A DNA stretch of 24,000 bases from Rhizobium phage RHph_Y65, in the sequence record MN988525.1, one strand, 5' to 3'. A program made the position numbers and the translations under genes. Each line of letters begins with the position of its first letter. Within the stretch, counting starts at the first letter, position 1. The notes beneath the pieces were generated by a model that was given only the letters and a program-made list of their open reading frames with translations, ran no database searches and had not been told where the DNA came from. Below, in pieces: positions 1-8,742 of the stretch.

Positions 1-518
1 TCGGAGCATATAAGGGTCTTACGGCTGATCAGATCACTGTACTCGAAAATCATGGTATCTCCAAGGATGGAGTCTACGGAGGTATCGATAATGTCAAGCC
101 TAAGGCTGCGGATTCAGATAGTTACGAAGTACGTACTCTCGAATTCTATCTGAAGGGATTCTCGTCGCTTCCTTCCATCGCTGACTTCAACAAGATGCTC
201 AATGGTGAGAAGAGAGTGAATGCTCCTGGACAAATGATGATCGACTATCTGAAGGATCTTGAATTCCGACTGAAGGCCGAGAATCTTAGTCTGAATCAGC
301 CGAATGCAGCTGTTAGAGACTTCCTTAATGAGGAACTCGAAGAGCTTAAGGCTGGCCTAGCTACTGCTCGTAATCATCTCAATGCTGTCAAGATGGCTAA
401 GGTGCTTACACATGACTTCTTCCATGGTCTAGTTGCTGACGACAAGGGTAACTACTCTTATGGAGATGAGAATCATACTATGATTCTTCGTAATGATCGT
501 ACTGTAGAGTACGTTTAA
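1..518 (+). CDS. Unknown protein, partial (5' end outside window)
   Basis: The frame of the 195..518 ORF is open back to base 3 (GAYKGLTADQITVLENHGISKDGVYGG...), so the real CDS starts upstream of the window. Stop TAA at 516-518. Confidence 0.7.
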   Translation, partial: GAYKGLTADQITVLENHGISKDGVYGGIDNVKPKAADSDSYEVRTLEFYLKGFSSLPSIADFNKMLNGEKRVNAPGQMMIDYLKDLEFRLKAENLSLNQPNAAVRDFLNEELEELKAGLATARNHLNAVKMAKVLTHDFFHGLVADDKGNYSYGDENHTMILRNDRTVEYV

Positions 519-524
519 AAATCT

Positions 525-573
525 AGGCTCCATTATTCTTCTCGCAAGGGATGAGTAATGGAGCCTTTTCTTT
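525..573 (+). terminator. Hairpin terminator
   Basis: AGGCTCCATTA (525-535) pairs perfectly with TAATGGAGCCT (556-566). The inner part can extend to a GCAA tetraloop. Followed by TTTCTTTT. Confidence 0.8.
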
Positions 574-592
574 TGTCTTATTGAGAGGTAAT

Positions 593-1171
593 ATGCATAC
601 CGCTGATCTAGAGAATATGCCATCTCTGGTTCTCAATGCTGATATGTTACCCTTATCTTCTTCACCATTAAGCTTGTATCATTGGCACGATACGATCAAG
701 GCAGTGACTGAAAATAAGGCTAGTGTAATAGCTGAGTACGACAGAGTTATTCGATCTCCTACATTTGAGATGAAGCTACCATCCGTGATAGCCTTGAACA
801 ACTATGTCGGAATCTATACCGAGATTAAATTTACACGTTACAATCTATTTCTAAGAGATAAATTCACTTGTCAGTATTGTATGGAGAAGTTTGCTTACAA
901 GAATCTTACGTTTGATCATGTCGTACCTGCATCTAGAGGTGGTAAGACAGTTTGGACTAATATCGTAGCAGCATGTCATCCTTGCAATATTAAGAAACGT
1001 GATAGAACTCCTGAAGAAGCAGGTTTGCATCTCCATTACAAGCCATATGCTCCTAACTATGAGCAATTTAAACGTTTAGGTCGTCAAGATCCTGGTAAGA
1101 ATCATTACGGTAATCTCCATAAGACCATTATAGACTGGTTGTACTGGGACACAGAATTGGAATCAAAATAA
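593..1171 (+). CDS. HNH endonuclease
   Basis: Protein contains FTCQYCMEKFAYKNLTFDHVVPASRGGKTVWTNIVAACHPCNIKK (CxxC, DHVxPxSRGG, N..CxxCN), the HNH/McrA-like signature. Start set at internal ATG 593 behind a GAGAGG SD; the ORF-track start at 551 lies inside the terminator stem. Confidence 0.85.
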   Translation: MHTADLENMPSLVLNADMLPLSSSPLSLYHWHDTIKAVTENKASVIAEYDRVIRSPTFEMKLPSVIALNNYVGIYTEIKFTRYNLFLRDKFTCQYCMEKFAYKNLTFDHVVPASRGGKTVWTNIVAACHPCNIKKRDRTPEEAGLHLHYKPYAPNYEQFKRLGRQDPGKNHYGNLHKTIIDWLYWDTELESK

Positions 1172-1173
1172 CA

Positions 1174-1497
1174 ATGGCACACGCCTGTATCCTACTGATC
1201 GGCAAGTACAAGAAGTCACTTGTCAACTATCTTGACCAAGATCCTATTTACTACAGTCAAGTCGAAGAAGGTACTGAGGTCATAGCTCATTACTTCAACG
1301 TACATAATGTCATTGATGTTCAGAGACTAGGTGAACTAGTCGGCATCGATGATTACAAAGACATGAGTCAGTCCGTAATCAATAAGGCACGGATTGACCA
1401 TGAGGAGCTCGAAGAATTTGGTAGTCCTGCAAAGGTAAATGGATTTATCAAACTCCTTGATAATGGATTTAAACCATATTTTGAGGTGAGCTTCTGA
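1174..1497 (+). CDS. Unknown protein, 107 aa
   Basis: Intact ORF directly after the HNH gene, overlapping the next ORF by 1 nt. Confidence 0.6.
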   Translation: MAHACILLIGKYKKSLVNYLDQDPIYYSQVEEGTEVIAHYFNVHNVIDVQRLGELVGIDDYKDMSQSVINKARIDHEELEEFGSPAKVNGFIKLLDNGFKPYFEVSF

Positions 1498-1724
1498 TGA
1501 CAAATCCTGACACTCCTGTAACATCTTCCTTTTCTGGTCGACGTCTGTATGATATAACGGACGATCAGTTGAAGATTGTCAAAGCATTCAGACAAGTTTT
1601 ATCTAAAGAACTAAAATTTTGTTCAATGATAGACTGTGCATATGCTTTGAAAGAATCTAACTGGGATGTTGATAAGGCTAGGGTACTTATGATTGAATTG
1701 AGTAGATACAGAGTTGTTCTTTAG
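1497..1724 (+). CDS. Small protein with possible UBA/TS-N-like motif
   Basis: C-terminal SMIDCAYALKESNWDVDKARVLM resembles the xxxxDCKKALxExxxDxEKAxxxL pattern of the EF-Ts N-terminal/UBA domain. Overlaps the upstream stop (TGATG). Confidence 0.5.
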   Translation: MTNPDTPVTSSFSGRRLYDITDDQLKIVKAFRQVLSKELKFCSMIDCAYALKESNWDVDKARVLMIELSRYRVVL

Positions 1725-1759
1725 TGTGAGTACAACGGTTCTACTTAAAGGATGAAAAA

Positions 1760-2170
1760 TTGAAGATCTACACTGTAATTGTCAGCATTATGTTGGCTCT
1801 CATCTCTACTTCAGTTTACGGAGGAGAAGTGATAACACGTAAAGTTGGTTATTCCAGCAGATCGCTCATTGTGAGTGAGGCAGCTAAATACGGAATAAGC
1901 AAAGCAGTCATCGAACATGTCGCACGTAAGGAGAGTACATTTAGATGTACGACTGGAGGTCGATATAAAGGTCCACTTCAAATCAGCCCAAGGAGCGCTC
2001 GTGCTCTAGGGTATCAAGGTAAAGGTGGTCTAGATAATTGCGGAGACGGTCTGAAATACGGACTGAGACACTTAGCAATCTGTGTTAAGAAAGTAGGTCA
2101 GAATCCAAAGAAGGCAGCTTCATGTCATGCGTCCCCAGGTGCGTATGGTGTGAGAGTAGTATGGAGATAG
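1760..2170 (+). CDS. Secreted lytic transglycosylase-like (SLT/lysozyme fold) protein
   Basis: TTG start behind AAAGGA. N-terminal hydrophobic signal (MKIYTVIVSIMLALISTSVYG), then HVARKESTFRCTTGGRYKGPLQISPRSARALGYQG, resembling the ES...GPLQI motif of SLT domains. Confidence 0.7.
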   Translation: MKIYTVIVSIMLALISTSVYGGEVITRKVGYSSRSLIVSEAAKYGISKAVIEHVARKESTFRCTTGGRYKGPLQISPRSARALGYQGKGGLDNCGDGLKYGLRHLAICVKKVGQNPKKAASCHASPGAYGVRVVWR

Positions 2171-2421
2171 TTCCATCAAAATGGACGGTTTATATCGTAG
2201 AGTGTAGAGATAAATCCTTGTATACAGGAATCACTACTGATATAAACCGTCGTCTACTCCAGCACAATAATGGTACTGGAGCCAAGTATACAAGAAGCAG
2301 AAGACCTGTTAATCTCGTTTATACCGAGAAGTTACCAGACAGGTCTTCTGCTCTCAAACGTGAATATGCTATTAAGCAATTGTCTCGTAAGGAGAAGTTG
2401 CAATTAGTAAATTTTGGATAG
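2161..2421 (+). CDS. GIY-YIG nuclease domain protein (UPF0213/YhbQ-like)
   Basis: WTVYIVECRDKSLYTGITTDINRRLLQHNNGTGAKYTRSRRPVNLVYTEKLPDRSSALKREYAIKQL matches the VYI(L/V)xC..xSLYTGIT..hxRRhxxHN.G.GAKYTR..RP hallmark. Start taken at ATG 2161, overlapping the end of the transglycosylase ORF. Confidence 0.85.
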   Translation: MEIVPSKWTVYIVECRDKSLYTGITTDINRRLLQHNNGTGAKYTRSRRPVNLVYTEKLPDRSSALKREYAIKQLSRKEKLQLVNFG

Positions 2422-2432
2422 GTTCACTTAAC

Positions 2433-2479
2433 GTCTCCAAGGGATTCTTCTTTAGGAAGGGACCTTGGAGATTCTTAGA
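2433..2479 (+). terminator. Intergenic hairpin, terminator-like or processing signal
   Basis: TCTCCAAGG (2434-2442) pairs with CCTTGGAGA (2463-2471), with inner CTTC/GAAG pairs. The U-tract (TTCTTAG) is weak. Confidence 0.5.
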
Positions 2480-2489
2480 GGTAATTTAA

Positions 2490-2726
2490 ATGGGCACTAG
2501 TGCTCCTGATATTACAATTAGTAATCCCCACTTAGATCCTGCTCATAGTGTAAGTAATCTTCCATTCATTAGGAAGACTCCTCCACATGTCCTTGGAGAA
2601 TCCAAGGAAGATTTTCTAGGTAGAATGGCTCTCGCTACTCATGACCGAGTGAATAACTTAGATTTCACTATTGTCAGTCGTAGAGATTGGGACCATCTGC
2701 TCTACCTAGCGAGTAGATCTGTCTAA
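2490..2726 (+). CDS. Unknown protein, 78 aa
   Basis: Intact ORF with upstream TTAGAGG SD-like sequence. Confidence 0.55.
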   Translation: MGTSAPDITISNPHLDPAHSVSNLPFIRKTPPHVLGESKEDFLGRMALATHDRVNNLDFTIVSRRDWDHLLYLASRSV

Positions 2727-2783
2727 TCACTTAACAATTTGTCTTAGAGAATCGTCTGCTTTAATGGCAGATAGGAGTGAATA

Positions 2784-2999
2784 ATGCCTGAATATAATAC
2801 TGCAGGTAGTGAAGAGCTATTCAATAAATTCAAGCAATTGGAATTTCGTCTAGGAATGCTTAGTGCGATTGTTCAGAATCCTTTGAAGATCAAGCATGAA
2901 GAGCTTGTCCAGTTCAAGAAGGACATGGATGAGCTCTCGCTTAGATTCATTATCCTCAAGGATGATGTAATGGATTTCGTCACTGAGTCGCCACAATGA
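2784..2999 (+). CDS. Unknown protein, 71 aa
   Basis: Intact ORF, SD TAGGAG at about 2773, ATGA overlap with the next gene. Confidence 0.6.
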   Translation: MPEYNTAGSEELFNKFKQLEFRLGMLSAIVQNPLKIKHEELVQFKKDMDELSLRFIILKDDVMDFVTESPQ

Positions 3000-3580
3000 A
3001 TCTAATATTCTTAGATTTCGATGGAGTTCTGAATTCTCAGGACTCCTATCTTGTCCGCCACCATTTATGGAATAGTAGTCAACGAGTAGAATCGATAGCT
3101 TGTCCAGATATTACTTCTGTCAGACTTGTAGAGATCCTAGTTGATGCTATTGATGCAAGAATCGTAATTTCGTCATCCTGGAGGAGTGGAACATCGATTG
3201 AAGATCTAAGATTAATTCTTAGAAATGAGTTCTCATTTAATTACTCAAATAAAGTGATTGGTAAGACTAGACCTCATTTCTACGACAAACCTAATGAGAT
3301 CAGAGGTGACCAGATTCAGCACTGGATGAAAATGTATGAGTCTGGAAATTTCATCTTAGATCTTATTGATCTTGATAATAATTATCTATATAATGATAAT
3401 AAGAATTATAATAATATAGATAATTATATTATTCTTGACGACGATTCAGATATGCTTGAATGTCAGATGGATCACTTTGTAAGAACTGATTTTACATCAG
3501 GATTCAATTTCAAGTCTCTACAAGCTGGATTACGGATTGTAGGGATGTCTGAACAGGACTTATTCAAGTCAGCGAAGTAG
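2996..3580 (+). CDS. HAD-superfamily hydrolase, resembling the HAD domain of 'Swiss Army Knife' RNA repair proteins
   Basis: N-terminal LIFLDFDGVLNS (HAD motif I), VISSSWR (motif II region), C-terminal YIILDDDSDM (motif IV-like). Confidence 0.75.
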   Translation: MNLIFLDFDGVLNSQDSYLVRHHLWNSSQRVESIACPDITSVRLVEILVDAIDARIVISSSWRSGTSIEDLRLILRNEFSFNYSNKVIGKTRPHFYDKPNEIRGDQIQHWMKMYESGNFILDLIDLDNNYLYNDNKNYNNIDNYIILDDDSDMLECQMDHFVRTDFTSGFNFKSLQAGLRIVGMSEQDLFKSAK

Positions 3581-3617
3581 AGGCCGGAGAGCCTTCCTTG
3601 TTAGACGTCAATTGGTG

Positions 3618-3935
3618 ATGAATATGAAAATAAAGCGTATATTTAGATCATTATTCTTTAGACGTAAGCATGTGATTGATAAATTAGTTCTCATCGGTAG
3701 AGCATCTGATTATGTAAGTGATCCTTTTATGGTTGGATCATATGCATGGAAGTCACTCTATGGTACCTACAAGTTACAAGTTGATTCTGTTGATGTAGCA
3801 CAAGACAAAGTTGTCTTTTATTCATACTACATTGATCCTCATGGTAGCGAATTCATTCAAGGTAACTATCGAGTAACAACAATCACTGAAATCGTTCGAA
3901 GAGTTAGAAGTTTAAGATTGTTGGTAGATATCTAA
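3618..3935 (+). CDS. Unknown protein, about 105 aa
   Basis: Intact ORF. The track start 3612 is a TTG; ATG at 3618 or 3624 is more likely. Overlaps the next start by 1 nt. Confidence 0.5.
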   Translation: MNMKIKRIFRSLFFRRKHVIDKLVLIGRASDYVSDPFMVGSYAWKSLYGTYKLQVDSVDVAQDKVVFYSYYIDPHGSEFIQGNYRVTTITEIVRRVRSLRLLVDI

Positions 3936-4123
3936 TGAATCCTTTTATAAAAGTAGAAACTGTCGATTGTAATTGTGACAAGATTATGTACCTTGTTCAA
4001 ATATCAGACGGTCAAGAAGTGCATGAAGTACAGATTGAATCTCCTGATTTAATCCCTGTACTAGGTCGTGGTATTGAGTTATTGAATGCGGCTAGACGTG
4101 CAGAGAGTAATGCTAAGACATGA
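3935..4123 (+). CDS. Unknown protein, 62 aa
   Basis: TAATG coupling to the upstream ORF. Confidence 0.5.
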   Translation: MNPFIKVETVDCNCDKIMYLVQISDGQEVHEVQIESPDLIPVLGRGIELLNAARRAESNAKT

Positions 4124-4138
4124 CAAAGGAGATACGAA

Positions 4139-4339
4139 ATGTCGAGCACCAGAGCTAAGAAAGAAGACTTGACTCCAGAGCAAATCATGGAGCTAAAGGA
4201 GACTCACGTTATCCTTCACGAGGATGATGTTTATATCGAGTTCGTTCCCAATATTGTGGAAACGATTATGCTCGATAAGTTTTTCAGTGCAATCAACCCA
4301 GAAGAAGAGAATAATGGCGACAACAACCTCACAACCTAG
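4139..4339 (+). CDS. Unknown protein, 66 aa
   Basis: AAAGGAG SD at about 4127. The 3' end overlaps the topoisomerase start. Confidence 0.55.
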   Translation: MSSTRAKKEDLTPEQIMELKETHVILHEDDVYIEFVPNIVETIMLDKFFSAINPEEENNGDNNLTT

Positions 4340-5639
4340 TGCAGCTCCGATCGCACAGATTGAAGCTCGTAATCTTATCGAGGCTGATTATCTCGAGTAC
4401 GGTGCATATGTGAACACGACTCGATCTGTTCCAGGCTATGATGGTCTGAAGTCAGGTCAACGTCGTGTTCTCTTTGCATTAAGAGATGTAGATGATGGAT
4501 CTGATGAAATTCCTTCTCTGGAAGTAGTTACTCAGACTCTGAAGAAGTACCATCCTCACGGTGATGCCTCTATCTACGATACGATGTGTCGACATATCCA
4601 CAAGGGATTTATCGAAGGTCGTAGTAACTTTGGTACCAATCACTTGATGGAAGAAATCGGTGCAGCCGCATACCGATATACCTATGTGAAGCCTCATAAG
4701 CAATTCACTGATGGTGCGTTTCGATTCATCGATCAGGTACCGACTGTTGAGAATGAATATGGTCTCAATGAACCTACGTATCTACCAGTACCGATTCCTC
4801 TAGGACTAACAACTGGTGCAAAAGGTATCGGTATTGGTCTTCTCTGCAACATTCCTGCATTTTCTCCTAAGTCTCTTTTTGATGCACTTATGGCAGATGA
4901 TCCTTCTCGTCTGAAAGCACCTGCTGGTACTTTCATTGTAAGTGGCGATATGGATAAGCTCTGGAAGACAGGTGAAGGCTGGATCCAATATGGTCTCAAG
5001 TGCTATCAGACTTGGCATGATCTGGACGGTAAGACCGTATCAGTTATTGAAGGATCTGGTCGTATCTTCAAGCCTCGTATTTGGGATACTTTCTCTACAT
5101 TGATTGAAGATGAGAGTGTTTATACTCGAGACGAATCTGGTGAAAAGATCAAGATGATCATCACTCGAGTCAAGGGTCTTAAGCGTATTACTGATGAACA
5201 AGTTCACCAGATGGCTCAGCAAGCAGCTGTCGAGAAGATGTTCTTCCGTATCTACGTTACTGAGAACAAGGTCGTTTATCGTAAGTCGATGAAGGACTGG
5301 ATGCAAGAATTGTGGGCTCGTTACGAGAAAGTAGTTGATACTTACAAGACCACTCAGGTTAACGATTTGAATCATCGAATCAGAATTCTGAATCTAATTC
5401 CTGTAGCAGCACCTGGCATTCTTCAGGATCTTCCGATCTCTGAAATTGCTAAGACAACTGGAGCTAGTGAGGCTGATCTTCGAGAAGTCGAAGGTAAGTC
5501 GATCAAAATGCTCCGTAAGTCAGACTTTGGTGCTCAGATTACTGATCTCAATAAGAAGATTACCAATGTCCAGAAGATCAGTGCTAAGGCTCTAGCAGTT
5601 GACTTCGTTGATATGCTTGAGAAGGCTCAGGCTATCTAA
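4314..5639 (+). CDS. Type II DNA topoisomerase medium subunit (GyrA/ParC-like, T4 gp52-type)
   Basis: ATTTSQPSAAPIAQIEARNLIEADYLEYGAYVNTTRSVPGYDGLKSGQRRVLFAL; YHPHGDASIYDTM; FGTNHLMEEIGAAAYRYTYVKP (catalytic-Tyr region); IPVPIPLGLTTGAKGIGIG. 441 aa from ATG 4314, very close to T4 gp52 size. Lacks the long GyrA C-terminal wrapping domain. Confidence 0.92.
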   Translation: MATTTSQPSAAPIAQIEARNLIEADYLEYGAYVNTTRSVPGYDGLKSGQRRVLFALRDVDDGSDEIPSLEVVTQTLKKYHPHGDASIYDTMCRHIHKGFIEGRSNFGTNHLMEEIGAAAYRYTYVKPHKQFTDGAFRFIDQVPTVENEYGLNEPTYLPVPIPLGLTTGAKGIGIGLLCNIPAFSPKSLFDALMADDPSRLKAPAGTFIVSGDMDKLWKTGEGWIQYGLKCYQTWHDLDGKTVSVIEGSGRIFKPRIWDTFSTLIEDESVYTRDESGEKIKMIITRVKGLKRITDEQVHQMAQQAAVEKMFFRIYVTENKVVYRKSMKDWMQELWARYEKVVDTYKTTQVNDLNHRIRILNLIPVAAPGILQDLPISEIAKTTGASEADLREVEGKSIKMLRKSDFGAQITDLNKKITNVQKISAKALAVDFVDMLEKAQAI

Positions 5640-5665
5640 ACTCATTTATAAATCGAGGAGTCAAT

Positions 5666-7612
5666 ATGACTGAATCAATTTCGATTATGACGCCACTCCA
5701 GCAGATGTTCCATCGTCGTGGTATGTACATCGGTGGCGCTGAGAATCCTGAAATCCTAGCTAAGGAACTTATCGATAACGCACTCGATGAACTCCTCTGC
5801 GGTTATGCCGATCGAATTGAATTCGATTGGGATCTCAAAGAAGGATGGTTCAGGATTCGAGATAATGGTAGAGGCATGCCTCTATCTCAGTTCCATACTG
5901 AAGATCAGGACATGTCTGGATTGAATGGAGCTATTCAGGCTCGTCTTCTCTTCACTCGACCATTCTCGTCTGGTAAGTACGACAAGAATAACTACAAGTA
6001 TTCGTCCGGTACGAATGGTGTAGGTATCAAGGCAGTCAACGTTTTCAGTACGAAGACTGAAGTACGTGTCAAGGATAAGAAGCTCGTTCATAATGGCGAT
6101 CTGTATCATCTCACTCTTGGATGGACTGAGCCAGAACGTGTCCAGACAATTGATGAGCAGTGGATTGATGCTAGCACGATTGAAGACTTCTGGTGGTCTA
6201 CTGAAGTCAAATGCTATCCGAATATGGAAGTCTTTAAGACGATCAAGTGCAAGATTCGTGAGACTCAGCTTCAGCTAGCTAAGACTTCGAAGCCTACCTG
6301 TAAGATCGTTGTCAATGGTGAAGAGATCAAGCCATTCTCATTCCGTGAGAGTGTTACTAATGATCTCCTTCTGAATAAGACTTTCAAAGTCAATGTCACG
6401 GTTGGATATACCAACTTCGAGATTGAACTTGGATGGTCCTCTAAAGATTTCAATTCCTACTATCGTGGAGCAGTCAATCTTGGTTCATGTAATGAAGGTT
6501 GGCATATCAAGGAGACCAAGTATGCAGTAGGTCGAGTACTTGCTGGATATGATGATCTGTTGACTAACTCGGATGCCGAGTACGGTCTCCGTATGTTTAT
6601 CAACTGCCTGATCTCTGAACCGATCTACACTTCTCAGACCAAGGAGAAGTTAGCTGGTGTGACTGACTTCGATGTATTCAATGAAGCATTGATGCGTAAG
6701 AAGTATGCCGATCTTATCGAGAAGGATGAGAACGGTAGAGAGAATGTCGTCAAGGCTAAGGAAGCAGTCAAGAATGATCCTGAATTCCTGAAACCTGAGT
6801 TGCTCTATGCTGCTATTCAGAAAGCTGTCAAGAAAGAACTTGACCAGGATGAATCGTTCAAGACAGTTCTTGTTAAGAGAATTGTTGAGTACAAGAAATC
6901 TGTCCAGAAACTATCTGAGCAGAGCTTCATCAATTCTATCGTTAAGACTGGCAATCATAAGATCGCTAGAAATTCGGTAGTAGGTATCAAGGAAGCAGGG
7001 TCTGCTGATCGTGCTAAGTGCGAACTCTTCATCTGCGAAGGTAAGTCTGCAGAAGGTAATCTTCTTCAGAAGAGAGATCGTATGTTCCAGGCAGTCTTCC
7101 CTCTTCGTGGTAAGCCATTGAATGCTGCCAATGTGAGTGACATCAAACAGATTCTTGAGAATCGTGAGATGAAGACTCTGGTCAACGGTATCGGTGCAGG
7201 TATTCTTCCTCAGGTCGATCTTACTCATGCTCGTTACGGTAAGTTGATCATCCTTACAGACGCTGACCCAGACGGTAAGAATATTGAAGCTCTCATTATC
7301 GGAGCTCTCTTGTTCTTGAATCCTAAGGTCATTGAAGCAGGTATGCTATATACAGTAGCTGCTCCTCTGTACAAGCAGGATGGTAAGCTTCTATATTCAG
7401 AGAAGGATCTGAATATGAAGAAGAAATTCAAGAGATTCAAAGGTCTCGGATCGATGATGGCTGATGAACTTGAAGCTAGTGCTCTGAAGTCAACTACACG
7501 TAAGCTACGTCAAATCACATTAACTGAAGCTCGTGAGAAAGCTCTCGAAATCATTACTTCTTCTCACGAGAAGAAGCGTATTATGACAACCAATAAAATC
7601 CTAGTCGAGTAA
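5666..7612 (+). CDS. Type II DNA topoisomerase large subunit (GyrB/ParE-like, T4 gp39/60-type)
   Basis: GHKL motifs ELIDNALDE, IRDNGRGMP, YSSGTNGVGIKAVN; Toprim FICEGKSAEGNLLQKRDRMFQAVFPLRGKPLN and LIILTDADPDGKNI; C-terminal KRFKGLGSMMADEL. Confidence 0.95.
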   Translation: MTESISIMTPLQQMFHRRGMYIGGAENPEILAKELIDNALDELLCGYADRIEFDWDLKEGWFRIRDNGRGMPLSQFHTEDQDMSGLNGAIQARLLFTRPFSSGKYDKNNYKYSSGTNGVGIKAVNVFSTKTEVRVKDKKLVHNGDLYHLTLGWTEPERVQTIDEQWIDASTIEDFWWSTEVKCYPNMEVFKTIKCKIRETQLQLAKTSKPTCKIVVNGEEIKPFSFRESVTNDLLLNKTFKVNVTVGYTNFEIELGWSSKDFNSYYRGAVNLGSCNEGWHIKETKYAVGRVLAGYDDLLTNSDAEYGLRMFINCLISEPIYTSQTKEKLAGVTDFDVFNEALMRKKYADLIEKDENGRENVVKAKEAVKNDPEFLKPELLYAAIQKAVKKELDQDESFKTVLVKRIVEYKKSVQKLSEQSFINSIVKTGNHKIARNSVVGIKEAGSADRAKCELFICEGKSAEGNLLQKRDRMFQAVFPLRGKPLNAANVSDIKQILENREMKTLVNGIGAGILPQVDLTHARYGKLIILTDADPDGKNIEALIIGALLFLNPKVIEAGMLYTVAAPLYKQDGKLLYSEKDLNMKKKFKRFKGLGSMMADELEASALKSTTRKLRQITLTEAREKALEIITSSHEKKRIMTTNKILVE

Positions 7613-7614
7613 CA

Positions 7615-8514
7615 ATGAACGATTTTAATGTAATCCTTACAGGTTCTGCTGGTTACATTGGAAGCATCGTTGGCGATCGTCTACTGAAATCCAATTCGAT
7701 TGATTTGGAGACAGTAGACGTCGTCTCTGACGTTCTTCCAGTAGATACTATCTTAACTGAAGTTGGTAATCTATCCAACAAGTCATCTGATGTCCTTGTT
7801 CATCTTGCTGCAAAGATCTCAGTAGTCGAATCTCATAAGCAAGCTCGTCAGTACTACGAGAACAATTGTAGTCAATTCCATGAGATGTTGAATGATCGTG
7901 GTAACTATTTCAAGCATGTTATCTATGCATCCTCTTTCTCGATTTATGATTCTGATTTGAGTATCTATCCTCAGTCTGTCTATGCATCCACCAAATACGA
8001 AGGTGAATGGATTCTCAAGAGATGGGCTCAGATGACGAATCGAGATTATTCAATCCTACGATTTGCCAATCCAATTGGCGTTAGTCAATCACTTCACTCT
8101 CATATTGCAGACCGTATTCAATCGAGCTATGCTAATGTTATGTGGAGACTTGCTCGATGCAAATTACTAGGTGAGATGTTCTACATTCATGATCTACCTG
8201 GTATGACACGTGATTTTTATCCCGTTGAATGGATTGGATACGCTATCGATTGGATCGCGAAGAATGGTCCCGTAGGTACTGTAAATCTAGGTAGTGGTAA
8301 GCCTGTATCGGTTATGGATCTTCTTCAGCATATCTGTGAGAAGTATAATATCAGTTACAAATATGTTCTACCACCTGAAGGTACTGCTCTAGGTATTACC
8401 AAGAAGGTTGATGTATTCAAAGAAGGTATTCCTGATTTTGATACATACGATCCAGTTGTATATTGTGAGAAGTCGTTTTTAGATTATCTATCGTTGATTC
8501 AGAACGCGAACTAA
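7615..8514 (+). CDS. NAD-dependent epimerase/dehydratase (extended SDR)
   Basis: N-terminal NVILTGSAGYIGSIVGDRLL (GxxGxxG), YASTKYEGE (YxxxK catalytic motif), LRFANPIG and GSGKPVSVMDLLQHI. Confidence 0.88.
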   Translation: MNDFNVILTGSAGYIGSIVGDRLLKSNSIDLETVDVVSDVLPVDTILTEVGNLSNKSSDVLVHLAAKISVVESHKQARQYYENNCSQFHEMLNDRGNYFKHVIYASSFSIYDSDLSIYPQSVYASTKYEGEWILKRWAQMTNRDYSILRFANPIGVSQSLHSHIADRIQSSYANVMWRLARCKLLGEMFYIHDLPGMTRDFYPVEWIGYAIDWIAKNGPVGTVNLGSGKPVSVMDLLQHICEKYNISYKYVLPPEGTALGITKKVDVFKEGIPDFDTYDPVVYCEKSFLDYLSLIQNAN

Positions 8515-8541
8515 CGCTAGATTAGCCTTCCTTCTCGTAGA

Positions 8542-8742
8542 ATGAATAAGAGGATCACCATGAAAGATCTACGTGAATTCAAATCTAAGCTTGATGCTAA
8601 GTTCGATACTCAGACATCTTGGGGTAAGAATCAGATCAAGCAAGTCATCAATGATACTTATATTGAAATCATTGAAAGTAAAGTAGAAGGTACTATCGAG
8701 CAGTCGACTCCTTCTAATCGTATCGACGAAGACTCTAAGTAA
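8542..8742 (+). CDS. Unknown protein, 66 aa
   Basis: Intact ORF. ATG 8542 and ATG 8560 (closer to an SD-like GAGGA) are alternative starts. Confidence 0.5.
   Translation: MNKRITMKDLREFKSKLDAKFDTQTSWGKNQIKQVINDTYIEIIESKVEGTIEQSTPSNRIDEDSK

Noticed and set aside
2122-2160. Start of the GIY-YIG ORF at 2122
   Set aside because: Extension MSCVPRCVWCESS is out-of-frame transglycosylase sequence. The conserved domain begins shortly after ATG 2161.
2755-2771. Small hairpin TCTGC-TTTAATG-GCAGA
   Set aside because: Only 5 bp with a 7-nt loop and no U-tract; not distinguishable from chance.
4224-4313. N-terminal extension of the topoisomerase medium subunit from ATG 4224
   Set aside because: The residues (MMFISSSFPILWKRLC...) overlap the 4139..4339 ORF and do not resemble topoisomerase. 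ATG 4314 gives a T4 gp52-sized product.
5882-6278. Alternative plus-strand ORF 6066..6278 and minus-strand 5882..6109 within the topoisomerase large subunit
   Set aside because: Fully inside a high-confidence CDS with all GyrB motifs.
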